A stretch of 63,879 nt of DNA, filler included, from Stramenopiles sp. TOSAG23-6 (lineage: Eukaryota): the NCBI GenBank assembly GCA_900128565.1. It is 3 parts of 3 records of this genome, joined end to end, with 100 filler letters (N's around TTAATTAATTAA, not from the genome) between each part and the next. Parts side by side here need not be neighbours in the genome. Positions count along the whole stretch, not along the records: positions 22,841 to 45,285 come from LT636013.1; 2 more parts are not named here. One strand, 5' to 3'. The notes beneath the pieces were generated by a model. It saw only the letters and a list, made by a program, of their open reading frames with translations, was not told the origin of the DNA and searched no databases. The position numbers were made by a program, and so were the translations under genes. Of the stretch, positions 22,895 to 34,027 are shown piece after piece; positions within the stretch are counted from its first letter, which is position 1, and each line of letters starts with the position of its first letter.

Positions 22895-25138
22895 CACCTG
22901 CTGACTTTCACGGAAGCCCTCATTCATTTTCAACACCACAACAACCACCACGTTCTACATTTTTAAACTTTGATAATGAAGTTGGTGAAAGTATTGCAGA
23001 TTCATTGAAGGATATTTCTCCGGTTGTTTTACCTAATGAATGTCAAACTCCAATGCACAAAAAAATGATGTCTTCTACGAAATATACAGATAATGATAAT
23101 AATAATAATGATTTAATGAATACTATTACATCAATAAATGATGATGTTACAAGTGATGTAACATTAAAAGATGATTGTGAAGAATTTGTACGACGTGCAA
23201 AGTCAATACTTCTTTTAGCAGAACATTCCCAAGGTAAAAAATCTGGTAATTTAGAACCAGACGATTTAAATAAACTAGCAAAACAATTAAAGAATCTTGT
23301 AGTTGAGAGACTTGCTGACTCGGAACCTGTATTTCGTGTTGCAAACGAGTTAAAACTAATGACAAGAGATTTTGGGTTTTCTCTGCAATGTAGGTTCCCA
23401 TTACTTACTTGGAATTTATTTCATTTTCTGAAGAATTTCGTACCTAACAAATTTCAAATTTGGCATATTTTTTTACAATGTAGGTGCGACTGATATGGAA
23501 GCATTACTATACAACAGTCTTTGGAGAGAAAATAAAGATTCAATAGATAAAAAAGATTCGAATAATGAATCTGTATTGTGTCAAGCAAGGCAAATTGGTC
23601 TTCAAAAACTTATTGAAAAATCTCGTAGCACAAGTGAAGTGATAACTGCAATTTCGGATGTCTCATTTAATAGTACTACTTCACTTGGAAGTGATAATAA
23701 ATCACTAAATCTGATAACATCAATAAGCAACAATAGTTATACGCATAGCATTGCTGATGGTGGTATGGATAATGGATCACCAGCTGTAGTACATGCACAC
23801 TCTTTATTAAATCAAGGTATAATTTCAATAGAAGAATTTGAAGAATTGGTAGAGAAAGATAGGAAATTTAGGTTGAAAGAAACAGTTGATATTGTTCAAC
23901 AACAACAGACTAATAGAATAACACCAGCAGAATTCAAAGAACTTATTGAAGCTCATAAAAACACAACAAATGAAGTACCTATGCACATACTTGAACAAAA
24001 GGAATCAGTGAATACTAAAGAGACCACTAAAGATTTTTCATCAATGAGTGCTTCATTTATGAATAACTCCGATAGTGATTCTATTTCAATGACTCCACCT
24101 TCAATCAAAAATGATGGTACAGTAATTCTTCATAATCCTGCATTGGTTGTATCGAATGCAACACTTTCTAAACTCAGAAGAGTTTTGAAACGAAAACTGA
24201 AATTAATTAAGCAGCGAATTAAAGCAAAAATCATGAGACAAAGTAGAAAAAAACAAACTAAAGAATCATTGCGACACACATCAACAGTGGAAACGACCAA
24301 AACTTCACCTGAAAGTGAATGCTTCACTTTATTTGATGAAATACAAAAACATCAACTTCGAGCATTATTAGATAATCAAAAGTTTTTTGAATTATCTTGT
24401 CAAAATATAGATTATTATCGTGGTGATTATTTGAATTTACGAGGAGATGAAACTGTAAAACAAACCTTAGTACGTGGTGGATCTATGCCACATGAAACTA
24501 TATTCTTTAGTTCCGTCATTGAACGAGTTCAGCCACAGTCGTGGTGGAGCAATGGAAGAACACAAAGAATTCTTGTTATAACTGAGGCTGCTGTGTATGA
24601 ATGTACTACATCTACTGGACAATCATCTATATCTGCTGCTGTTTGGGGAAGTATTACAAAATCTCCAAGAAAATCTCTACTGGAAAGAACACCAAGTAAA
24701 TTATTTGCACCTAACTCTGATTCCTTACCTCAAATTGGATCACTTTTATTATCAAGTAATAAGACAAAGCTTAGCACCACAACATCTATATTATCTGGAA
24801 ATAGTAGTAGCAGTTCTAGTAGTTGTCCACAAACTTTTATGACAATAGGAAAAGTTATAAAGAGATTTCCATTAGAAAGTATAGGTTGTATATCTCTAAG
24901 TAAACTTATAGTTGGTGGAGCGTTCTGTCTAATCATACCTAGTGAATATGATGTTCTTTTTGACACTGTGAGACGAACAGAAATCGTATCTTGGATGATT
25001 CATTTATACGAAATCCGTACGGGTCAGCCATTGATATGTAATTTTATGGAAAGCATGTTATTAACATTGGAAGACGGGCAGACAATGACTACTTATTTCG
25101 ATGAAACAGCTGGGACTGTACGAATGTTAAAATTATAA
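22895..25138 (+). CDS. Protein with C-terminal myosin-I TH1-like domain (exons 22895-23389, 23484-25138)
   Basis: ETIFFSSVIER...QRILVITEAAVY...KRFPLESIGCISLS...FCLIIPSEYDVLF...RTEIV...LY...G..L...F matches the Myosin_TH1 pattern; no motor domain seen. Confidence 0.65.
23390..23483 (+). other. GT-AG intron, degenerate family member, 94 nt
   Basis: CAAT|GTAGGT...AATTTCGTACCTAAC...TTACAATGTAG|GT; phase 1 joins the two ORFs. Confidence 0.7.
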
Positions 25139-25205
25139 AACTCTTTAAATTCACTATTTATTTTTCCTTCAAAATCCATATAAAACTTGCGAAATATATA
25201 ACAGC

Positions 25206-25808
25206 TTATAAGCCACGTCCGCGACCAAAAGGCGGAGGAGGTCCACGACCAAAACCCAAGTTAAAAGGATTAGGAGGTGGACCACCATAACTCATCGGGC
25301 GGGGGGGAGGAGCTCCCATTGGAGGATGACCCATCATTCCACGTGGCGGCATCATTCCTGGAGGCGGAGCGCCCATCATTCCTGGATGTGGCATACCTCG
25401 AGGCATCATGCCCTGCGGAGCCATTGCAGCCATAGGCCCCCTTAAACCTTGAGGTGGTGCTGCACCTGAAGATGATATTACTTTCCCGCGACCAGCAGCA
25501 ACACCTATTCCAGTTCCTACCCTTGCGACACGCTTTTTACGACCGGTAGAAGGAGGAGGACCTTCTACATTTAATGAAACGACACAATCTCCTCTTAACA
25601 AAATCATACCCAATGAACGTCTTTCCACTCGAACGTCGTCGTTGTTCCCACTACGTCTTTGTCTCCTCTCCTCGCAATCACCAAGAACAATATTAAGATT
25701 CTTATCGAACGCCATAAAAGTACCTACCAATTCTCTACTATCCCGTAAAGTAATTTTCATTCTATAGTTGATATAGTGGAGCATCTTGCTCGACTTTTTC
25801 ATCGACAT
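25206..25808 (-). CDS. SNRPB: Small nuclear ribonucleoprotein SmB
   Basis: SSKMLHYINYRMKITL.D.R.LVGTFMAFDK.LNIVLGDCEE Sm fold; LRGD.VVSL.VEGPPP; Gly/Pro/Met-rich tail. Confidence 0.93.
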   Translation of the reverse strand: MSMKKSSKMLHYINYRMKITLRDSRELVGTFMAFDKNLNIVLGDCEERRQRRSGNNDDVRVERRSLGMILLRGDCVVSLNVEGPPPSTGRKKRVARVGTGIGVAAGRGKVISSSGAAPPQGLRGPMAAMAPQGMMPRGMPHPGMMGAPPPGMMPPRGMMGHPPMGAPPPRPMSYGGPPPNPFNLGFGRGPPPPFGRGRGL

Positions 25809-25949
25809 GGTTTTCAACTAATGAAATTAATATACTTTTGTATCTCTTTCACCAAGTATGGTCTCTATATGCTTCAGAACAACAAGCCGTGATCACTGAT
25901 TAGGGTTCGCGAAATTGGAATGCGTGTCGCGGGTCAAAAATTTTAGTAG

Positions 25950-25970
25950 CCCTAAACCCTAACCCTAACC
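25950..25970 (-). repeat. Interstitial telomere-like tract upstream of SmB
   Basis: CCCTAAACCCTAACCCTAACC. Confidence 0.8.
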
Positions 25971-26078
25971 GCATCGATTATGTCATGTGACTCATGTCGA
26001 AATTATAGAGGAGAGTTGAAAATTAAAATTTTGAATATTTTTATATTCCTTTCTTAGTACTCCTCGATTAGTTATATC

Positions 26079-28265
26079 ATGGCAAGTTCTTCACCAGAGA
26101 ACAACGATGATGAAATAATCACCGATGGACTAGCTACAGTTTCCATTCTGCGTTGGAAACGCCATGCAACTCGATTACAGTTAAGAAATTTAGAAAAGTT
26201 CAAAGAAGAAAATTTGCATCCTCCAAATATTCGTGCGGAACAACGAGAAAAGACTTTGTGTGCGAGTCCCAAAATATTAAAAGAAAATGAAAAACTTTTG
26301 TCTGCTGCTGATGCGGCGGGTGGCTCTATCATAAATAAGAATGAAAATAGTCCATTATCACCCAAGGTTCGCCCTGCGCTTATGATCCGTCCAAAGCAAA
26401 AAGCAAATTTGCAAGTATCCGTATTGAAAACTAACAAAAGCGTTGAAAATACTCTAGAGGAAGAGGAAAAAAGTAGTGACCTCGACACTTTTCTAATAGA
26501 GAAAAATCGTAACATCCAACGAGCTCGAAAAAGAATTAAGAAATTACAAAAAGATTTATTAAAACTAAAGGAAAAAGAAGAAGAAGAAAATATTAATGAC
26601 ACTGGTAAAACTATGAAGTTAACATCAAATATGAAACACGAAAATTCTACTATTCAGGAGATCAATCCTTTAGTCGATATACGTACAAGGTATGATGCAT
26701 CGGTAGTGAGAGAACTAAAACTTTATGACAAAATTAATGTCATAAAACTACAAAACAAATTAGAAAAAGACAATTTACGTGACGAAAATCAACAATTGAA
26801 AATAGAAGTCGTCAACTGTAAAGCTGATTGTAGACAAATGAAAGAAATGCTTACACAGTCACAAAATAGACAATCCACATTATATTCCGCATTAAGTGAA
26901 CAACGTCGCACACTGGGTGAAATTCTTCCTGAAAAAGATAAACTTATAAAACAATTAGAAAATGATATGAAAAAGGCAAATAAAATTAGAAAAAAATTAG
27001 AAAATGATATAATCAAAGCAAAAACTTCACTTAAACGAAGTGGTGATGACATCATTAAACTGATTGCTGATGCGGAAAAAGAAAAATCTGTAAATAAAAT
27101 TGAAATGATTCAAAAAGATAAAATAATAATGAAATTACAGGAACAATTAGCTAGAGCAAATATATCGCTTAATGCAAATGAAAAACAAAAGAGAAAGTTG
27201 AAGTCTGAATTTGAATACTTTGAAAATAGTATAGACGAAAAACTTTCTCATGTCAATAGTGATACAATAAAAATAAAAAATCAAACAATTGAATCGTTTT
27301 TATTTGAAAAATGTCAAGAATTGGACCAAAGACGTGAAAATGTCACTGAATTACGGTGTAAACTTAGCAAAGGTGATAAAGATGTTGAGAAATCACTACT
27401 TGAGCTAGAAGAGATATCTACTGAAATGTCTAATTTAAATAAAAATCAAACTCCAAATGGTTTAGAGGCTTTGGAGAATTTATCAAAAGTTTTGATATGT
27501 GAAATGAAGACGTTGAAAAAAAAACAAATAGAAACCTCGAGTTCATTTCAAACAGAGTATGACACATTACGTGAAAGTTTATCCCTTGCTCAAAAGAAAT
27601 TAAATACTGCAAATAAAAAACTGATGACTTCATCTGAGACATTGGAATATTGGGAAAATTATTCACAGAGTAAAGAAAAGGAAATAGAAGAAATATATAC
27701 AAAAGAGCATATATTGCAAGATCAATTAGAAAAAGCAAAGGGATCAGTCGAAGAATTTGTAAAACATAGTGAATATAATGAAAACAAAATGTTAAATGTT
27801 GAAAAAGTGAAGATAGATCAACTAAAAATGAGAGTAGTCAGAACATTAATGTACAGAACACGAAAGTGGAAATATACAACACAGTATAAGTCTTTCATTC
27901 ATTGGAAAAAAAATGTGATGTCACAATTAGCAAAAGAAAGTGAATCTGTTGTTGCTGCTGTAACTCGAGATGAAATTTTATCACAAATCTCTGAGCAAAA
28001 TAATGTAAATAATGCAATTTTGAAAAAAGTAGCACTGTCGCGTTTATTTATTGGTTGGATACAGGCAGTGAAATTACATTTGAGTGAACAGAAATTGAAA
28101 CAAAGTATTCAAAAAGTAGAACAACTACGTATTGAGAAAGAAAGTGGAAAAGTTCTTGTCAATAAACTAAGGCATAATATGCAGAATCTTCGTGAATCAT
28201 TGAATGAATTCCGAATAAATAGAGGAAAAATAGAAAAACAAAATGAAGAAAACTTTAGTAAATAA
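26079..28265 (+). CDS. Long coiled-coil protein
   Basis: 728 aa, E/K/L/Q-rich heptads; Sfi1-like F..WK segments near the C-terminus. Confidence 0.7.
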   Translation: MASSSPENNDDEIITDGLATVSILRWKRHATRLQLRNLEKFKEENLHPPNIRAEQREKTLCASPKILKENEKLLSAADAAGGSIINKNENSPLSPKVRPALMIRPKQKANLQVSVLKTNKSVENTLEEEEKSSDLDTFLIEKNRNIQRARKRIKKLQKDLLKLKEKEEEENINDTGKTMKLTSNMKHENSTIQEINPLVDIRTRYDASVVRELKLYDKINVIKLQNKLEKDNLRDENQQLKIEVVNCKADCRQMKEMLTQSQNRQSTLYSALSEQRRTLGEILPEKDKLIKQLENDMKKANKIRKKLENDIIKAKTSLKRSGDDIIKLIADAEKEKSVNKIEMIQKDKIIMKLQEQLARANISLNANEKQKRKLKSEFEYFENSIDEKLSHVNSDTIKIKNQTIESFLFEKCQELDQRRENVTELRCKLSKGDKDVEKSLLELEEISTEMSNLNKNQTPNGLEALENLSKVLICEMKTLKKKQIETSSSFQTEYDTLRESLSLAQKKLNTANKKLMTSSETLEYWENYSQSKEKEIEEIYTKEHILQDQLEKAKGSVEEFVKHSEYNENKMLNVEKVKIDQLKMRVVRTLMYRTRKWKYTTQYKSFIHWKKNVMSQLAKESESVVAAVTRDEILSQISEQNNVNNAILKKVALSRLFIGWIQAVKLHLSEQKLKQSIQKVEQLRIEKESGKVLVNKLRHNMQNLRESLNEFRINRGKIEKQNEENFSK

Positions 28266-28310
28266 ATTACAACTATAAACCAAATTATTGTATTTATTTT
28301 ACTAAATTTT

Positions 28311-31300
28311 TTATGAATTGAGACGAATTATTTCGTCTTCTAAGAGTTGAAAGTCAGACCTTGCAGCAGCCAAGTCAGCCATTGCTTGATCTACTAATGT
28401 AACACTAACCATTCCTTTTGAGTTAGTTTCAAGTTTTTTTTCGAGTTTTTCTATATTGTTATCTTTTTCTTTACATTCATCAGATAATGTACAAATTTGT
28501 TCATTCATTACATTGATATGAAATGCAAACACTGTACTAGACCATTTTCGCATCGCCCTTGAAAGCGAAATATTACTTACTCTTTGAATAAATAAATATA
28601 GTATATGAGTTGCTCGCTTCTTTTCGGATGCATTTATACGTGATATAAAGTTATTGTGTGCCTCTTTCATATAATGATCATTTGTTACACTACACCATCC
28701 ACGCCATGCTTGAGCTAGTAATTGTTTGCACATTCCTCGGAGGGTATGATTTATTATATGTAGTGCGTGGACTTTCTTTTGATCTGACATTTTTATCAAC
28801 ATATCTTTATTTTGTAAATTGAAAGAGAGTTGTTCAAGTTCTCGGTGATATTGAACGAGTTTTCTATGCCATACATGCCAAGCTACACTTAATTGTCTAT
28901 GTAACAGATGACAAATAACTCTATTCATCATAGATAATGCATGACGTTGTGCATCTTCTTCAGCAATTTCATCTAGTACAACTATATGCCATTGTCGCCA
29001 TCCACGTGCAACCGACATATGTTGCATTCGTAAAACAGTTTTCTCCAATAGATGTAGTGCATGCCTCCTAGTATGCTCTTCAAAAGTCGCAAATGAACAT
29101 TCCTCGACCCATGTACGCCAACCCATGGTCAAATAACGATTTCGAACAAATTGTAAAAGCTTTTTAAAAAGAAGGAGTTTGAGACATTTTCGATTTTCGA
29201 CTAACTGCTGAAGTATCATAGATGTTTTCCATTTGTGAAAACCACGAGCTAAATATTTTTTCGTCAACGCAAGCACACATTGGTTCATGACAACAAGCAT
29301 GTGCTGTTTATGAGAAGCTACTTCAGCATGATGTTTTTGTCGTAAAACTGTCAAAGCTTTCAATAGATGAAATCCACGAGACATTGACGACCGCTTGATA
29401 CGCTTTGCTGTGTTTTCTATTGTTTGTAGTAACCTGAATAAATTCTTAGCCACAATTGTATTTTCAAATTTAGCAATACGCTGATCCATCAATAACGCCC
29501 GTTGAGATGTTGCATGTCGATGATTTTCTTTGATCCATGCATTCCAAGCTTTGACCATCTTTCTGTACTGAATATGGAATATACATTTATTTAATTGTTC
29601 GACGGCAGAGGCTTTCCTATTCATGACGGTTGAGTGAATGTGTGCCGACTTTGTCCACTTCAGTAAACCTTGGGATAATGCTAAATGAGACATACGCCGC
29701 GTCGTCTTTTCTATTAAATAAAGAGTGTGTTGTTTATGTTGTGCCTTTAGCTCAAGTTCTTGGTGATATTTAACGAGTTTTCTATGCCATACATGCCAAG
29801 CTACACTTAATTGTCTATGTAACAGATGACAAATAACTCTATTCATCATAGATAATGCATGACGTTGTGCATCTTCTTCAGCAATTTCATCGAGCACAAC
29901 TATATGCCATTGTCGCCATCCACGTGCGAGTCTCACATGGTATAACGTCTTTAGTATATGTTGTACCATCCTTAACGACGTTAACTTGTTTTGTTGCGCT
30001 TCAGAAATATTTTCGTCGTGAATGATACGTTGTTGTACAAATTCTGACCATGTATCAAAAGCACCATTAAGTCTATTCCGATAAATTCTTTCGATGGCGG
30101 ACCCTAGTTTTTTAAATCCATGTCTTAGTGCTATATCCTTCAATGTTTTTTCATATTCTTGAATAGCCTCAAATTTTTTATGAAGTTGAGTAAATTTCTG
30201 ACTAAATTTCTGACTAAATTTTAAACTAAGTGTCCAACTGTTCCAAGCTATACTGTATAATTTCCTTTCTATTCGCCGCACTACACGAGCAATCAATTTT
30301 GCAGCTATAACTTTTGTATGTCGAATTGTTTTCTTATGATTTATCATTTTGCACCATTTATTCCATCCAGCTAAGGTTTGTAAATGTAGCACATGACCGA
30401 ATATCCTTGTTATTATTCGCAATGCATCTTTTTTACCTAAATTTTTAATGTGTACGTTCAGCCCAACGATCTGCTGATTAAGATCTTTTTTATGTTGTGA
30501 TAAAATAAAATGCTGCCAAGAATGCCATGCTTTGTTCAATACAGTGTATTCCATATGCCTTATAACAAGAAATAATTTACGGATTTCACGCTCATGCTTA
30601 TCCAAAATTTCCTTCTGATTCCTTACATAATTTATCCATTTTAGTAAACCTCGGGATAATGCTAACTGTGCCATTCGCCGTGTCGTCTTTTCTATTAAAT
30701 AAAGAGTGTGTTGTTTATGTTGTGCCTTTAGCTCAAGTTCTTGGTGATATTTAACGAGTTTTCTATGCCATACATGCCAAGCTACACTTAATTGTCTATG
30801 TAACAGATGACAAATAACTCTATTCATCATAGATAATGCATGACGTTGTGCATCTTCTTCAGCAATTTCATCCAGTACAACTATATGCCATTGTCGCCAT
30901 CCACGTGCAACAGACATATGTTGCATACGTAAAACAGTTTTCTCCAATAGATGTAGTGCATGTTTCCTTTTATTTTGTTCTACTATTTTTTTGATATCTT
31001 CCAGATCTTCCTCTTTTTGCCATATACGATGTGCATGTAGTAACTGTAACCAAGTATTAAAGCTTTTATGAATATACTTATGCATAATTGCTTTTACTAA
31101 AATATTAAGTCTTTTAAGTACTGTTTTTCTATGTCGCTGTTCATGACTGATTGAACGGCAGAAACCTGCCCATTTATTCCATGCTCTATTATAGAAAATA
31201 TGTTGAAATTTACCTAAAATATTCATAAGTTTGCATATAGCGACATCTTGGGTATGTTCCTTTAATCGCTCACGGATAATAACATCATGCCAGGTGTTCC

Positions 31301-31775
31301 ATGCAGCAGTGTACTTTGCTTTAAGAATATGTTGTACTACTCTATTAACTAATTGTACCGCACGATCAAGAGCGGTATTTTCTCTATGATTCTGCAAGGA
31401 AATACCTAATGCACTACAATATTGTTTCAATTCAAAAAGTTCAATAGAAAGCTCTCTATGTTTGTTATCTTTTGATTCATACTCTTCATTCATAGAGGTA
31501 AAACTTTGTTTGACAACGTTCAATTCTTGGCGAAGCTTTTCTTCCCAGATTATGTTTTCAACTTCACTTTGACTCTGTGAGGAAGTATATATTGATTCAT
31601 CTAAAAATTGATTCATTTTTCGTGTATTATTATTCTTTTCACCTGTCAGATTTTTACTCTTTTGAGGTTCTAATTTTTGTGTACTATTATTCTTTTCAAC
31701 CGTCAAACTTTTAATCTCTTGAGACTCTATTTTTTGTTCTAAATCTTCATCCCCAGAACTTAGACTAATCTCCAT
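28311..31775 (-). CDS. Sfi1-like (centrin-binding type) repeat protein
   Basis: Many L..AW..W / L.RGW..W repeats; start inferred at ATG 31775. Confidence 0.7.
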   Translation of the reverse strand: MEISLSSGDEDLEQKIESQEIKSLTVEKNNSTQKLEPQKSKNLTGEKNNNTRKMNQFLDESIYTSSQSQSEVENIIWEEKLRQELNVVKQSFTSMNEEYESKDNKHRELSIELFELKQYCSALGISLQNHRENTALDRAVQLVNRVVQHILKAKYTAAWNTWHDVIIRERLKEHTQDVAICKLMNILGKFQHIFYNRAWNKWAGFCRSISHEQRHRKTVLKRLNILVKAIMHKYIHKSFNTWLQLLHAHRIWQKEEDLEDIKKIVEQNKRKHALHLLEKTVLRMQHMSVARGWRQWHIVVLDEIAEEDAQRHALSMMNRVICHLLHRQLSVAWHVWHRKLVKYHQELELKAQHKQHTLYLIEKTTRRMAQLALSRGLLKWINYVRNQKEILDKHEREIRKLFLVIRHMEYTVLNKAWHSWQHFILSQHKKDLNQQIVGLNVHIKNLGKKDALRIITRIFGHVLHLQTLAGWNKWCKMINHKKTIRHTKVIAAKLIARVVRRIERKLYSIAWNSWTLSLKFSQKFSQKFTQLHKKFEAIQEYEKTLKDIALRHGFKKLGSAIERIYRNRLNGAFDTWSEFVQQRIIHDENISEAQQNKLTSLRMVQHILKTLYHVRLARGWRQWHIVVLDEIAEEDAQRHALSMMNRVICHLLHRQLSVAWHVWHRKLVKYHQELELKAQHKQHTLYLIEKTTRRMSHLALSQGLLKWTKSAHIHSTVMNRKASAVEQLNKCIFHIQYRKMVKAWNAWIKENHRHATSQRALLMDQRIAKFENTIVAKNLFRLLQTIENTAKRIKRSSMSRGFHLLKALTVLRQKHHAEVASHKQHMLVVMNQCVLALTKKYLARGFHKWKTSMILQQLVENRKCLKLLLFKKLLQFVRNRYLTMGWRTWVEECSFATFEEHTRRHALHLLEKTVLRMQHMSVARGWRQWHIVVLDEIAEEDAQRHALSMMNRVICHLLHRQLSVAWHVWHRKLVQYHRELEQLSFNLQNKDMLIKMSDQKKVHALHIINHTLRGMCKQLLAQAWRGWCSVTNDHYMKEAHNNFISRINASEKKRATHILYLFIQRVSNISLSRAMRKWSSTVFAFHINVMNEQICTLSDECKEKDNNIEKLEKKLETNSKGMVSVTLVDQAMADLAAARSDFQLLEDEIIRLNS
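28838..30963. repeat. Three near-identical internal blocks within the Sfi1-like gene
   Basis: Blocks at about 28838-29063, 29699-29927 and 30682-30963 encode the same GWRQWHIVVLDEIAEEDAQRHALSMMNRVICHLLHRQLSVAWHVWHRKLV. Confidence 0.85.
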
Positions 31776-31977
31776 ATCTCTTGTAATAAATGCTGCCAGT
31801 AAAGGCAAGTTTCACTTATCAAAGCGAACTTTCGTTAAAGTTGCGAGGATTACGCGTGAGTGAGTAATACGTCGTACACGGTACCACTACTACTACTGCT
31901 ACTATTAGAGCTAGTACGTAGTATAGCATATAAGAAAGTAGTATATAACGGACTATATATATACAGTTACATTTTTT

Positions 31978-31992
31978 TTAGGGTTAGGGTTT
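31978..31992 (+). repeat. Interstitial telomere-like tract
   Basis: TTAGGGTTAGGGTTT. Confidence 0.75.
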
Positions 31993-32025
31993 ACTAAATT
32001 ATTTTCAAACATGTTATTTATTTAC

Positions 32026-32520
32026 TTAAAGTTTGTCAATAAGATGAAAACGATGTTTCAAACTATATGGAAATGAATCTTCACTTCTTTCATTCCTTGT
32101 ATCACTCAGATCTTTCCTATTGATTTTTCTTCTATTTACATTTTTTTTTAATTTTTCAAATGTATCATTCTTATGATGCGTTGAATTGTTTAATGGACTT
32201 GAAGCACTCTGCATAACCAATTTGAATACATTTTCTCTATTTTTTAAGCGTCGTTGAAAATATTTTTGTTTTAGTTCCTTTGCTTTTTCACGACGGTGTA
32301 CCTCACGAACTGCTGCTTTCAAATATTTTTTAGTTTTTGTATCTACCTTAGCACCACTTCCAACGTTTTGGATTTTCGAAATTGTTGTACAACTTTGGTG
32401 TTTTTGGTGTTTACTGAACTTATTCTGTTGATGTTTTCTTTGATACAACTTCTTTTCACTTGGGTTACGCCTTGTGATGTTTGGAACTCGATTCATATGT
32501 TTATAGAGCTTAGAGTTCAT
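32026..32520 (-). CDS. Hypothetical basic protein
   Basis: 164 aa ATG-initiated ORF, Lys/Arg-rich. Confidence 0.45.
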   Translation of the reverse strand: MNSKLYKHMNRVPNITRRNPSEKKLYQRKHQQNKFSKHQKHQSCTTISKIQNVGSGAKVDTKTKKYLKAAVREVHRREKAKELKQKYFQRRLKNRENVFKLVMQSASSPLNNSTHHKNDTFEKLKKNVNRRKINRKDLSDTRNERSEDSFPYSLKHRFHLIDKL

Positions 32521-32527
32521 TTTATTG

Positions 32528-33698
32528 TCACTTTTTGTATTTTTTTGTATTTTTTGTATTTTTTGTATCTTTTGTATTTTTTGTATTTTTTGTATTTTTT
32601 GTATTTATATCTTTATGTATAGCAATATGGTTAGGGTTAGTGCTATCTTTAAGGGCATATGTCGTAGAAGCTAATGTAGAAGGCACATCATCAGGTTCTG
32701 TTTTACAAAACCAAGAATGTAATTTCAGTGCTCTTATACCGTCATTTGGAAAATTAGGTAAACCTTCCGTATTAATGTTCCACCAATTTATTAATTTAGC
32801 TCCTCTTGGAGCACCAAACAATCGCGCACTCTTTACAAGATCAAACTTTTTAATCCAAATTTGGTTGATACCTATCCCACTACTAGATGAAGTTGGTAAA
32901 CGAAATTTGTCTAATAAATAACACGGTGGGCCATCTTTCAACATTCGCGACTTCGTTTCAGAGCAAGTGGCTTTATTGAATTTATATAAAAAATTATCCC
33001 ACTGACTACGTTGTAAATTTTGAAGACATTCTAAACATAAATACGATGGTCTCCAATATATTTCTCCAATACACTTATACTCACAATAAGTATCATCTGT
33101 AATTTGCTTGTAACAATCTTTGCATACTGAAGATGCTGTTGGCTTTTGGTGACGTACTAACAACTCTGGACGCTCATGTATTGTGAAATTGTTTTTTTGT
33201 AATTTGTTTTGTTAGGTACAAAATTTCGTACGAAAAATAAATTCGAAATTGAAAAAAAATACAACATACATATTTTCGTATTCGTCTTGTTGCTTCTTTT
33301 CGTTGCTTACGGAACTCAAACTTCCTTTGAGATTTTTCTTTTTTTGTCATCTTTAGCAACACACCATCACAGTATACGCGTGGACGCCAAGCTCTATGAA
33401 GTGGTGAATGTCTTTCACGACGTTTCATTTCTACTTCGTCTTTTCGCAAGACGATTTCTAAGTCAGCTTTTGTAATTGGTACTTTGTCAGGTGGTATACC
33501 ATCTTTTCCTCGATCTGGTCTGAGTTCATGAGCTGTCGCATCATCCTGACCTTTTATTTCTAATGAATCAGCATCCCAATATAGAACACGATATATATTG
33601 GTCACTGGATCAACGAAGAGAACTCTACAACCCCACCACCGTCCACTAAGAAAATAAAAAGCGTCATCACCTTGAGAAAAACAAGGGTTGGTATTCAT
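32528..33698 (-). CDS. Hypothetical protein, 2 exons, Cys-containing C-terminal domain
   Basis: Exons 33698-33270 and 33175-32528 join in phase 0 (RKY|ERPEL); CKDC...YCEY...W.PS..C.EC motif. Confidence 0.7.
33176..33269 (-). other. GT-AT intron, 94 nt
   Basis: Minus strand TAT|GTATGT...CAATTTCGAATTTATTTTTCGTACGAAATTTTGTACCTAAC...TTCACAATACAT|GAG. Confidence 0.85.
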
Positions 33699-34027
33699 AT
33701 TATATACAAAAAATCCAACTTAAAACATGCTTCTATAGTCGTAAGTAAAAAAAACTGATGCTTTTGATCCTTGCTACACTCTTACGGTTATTAGACAGTT
33801 CCTATTTGATAATAATAAGAACAACAACCATGCTTTGTCGTGAGAGCGAACAAAAAAAAATTAATATATATAAATATGTTTGGGGTGTGAATAGAGAAAG
33901 ACCGTTAAACCTTTAAAACGGACGAAAAATTGAAGAAGAATTCGTGATGATGACCGATGACTGACCTCACGCGATTGTTAACTTTCAGACGCATCACCAA
34001 AATTCTTCGACAGCACTAACATTCAAC

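Noticed and set aside
23386-23485. 10-nt direct repeat CAATGTAGGT as a long target-site duplication
   Set aside because: Removing exactly one copy plus the interior gives an immediate stop; the match is explained by donor and acceptor consensus overlap.
25206-25808. SmB (with PCID2 and the DEAD-box helicase) as a dedicated splicing cluster for the odd introns
   Set aside because: They look like ordinary housekeeping orthologs; proximity in a eukaryotic genome is not evidence of a functional link.
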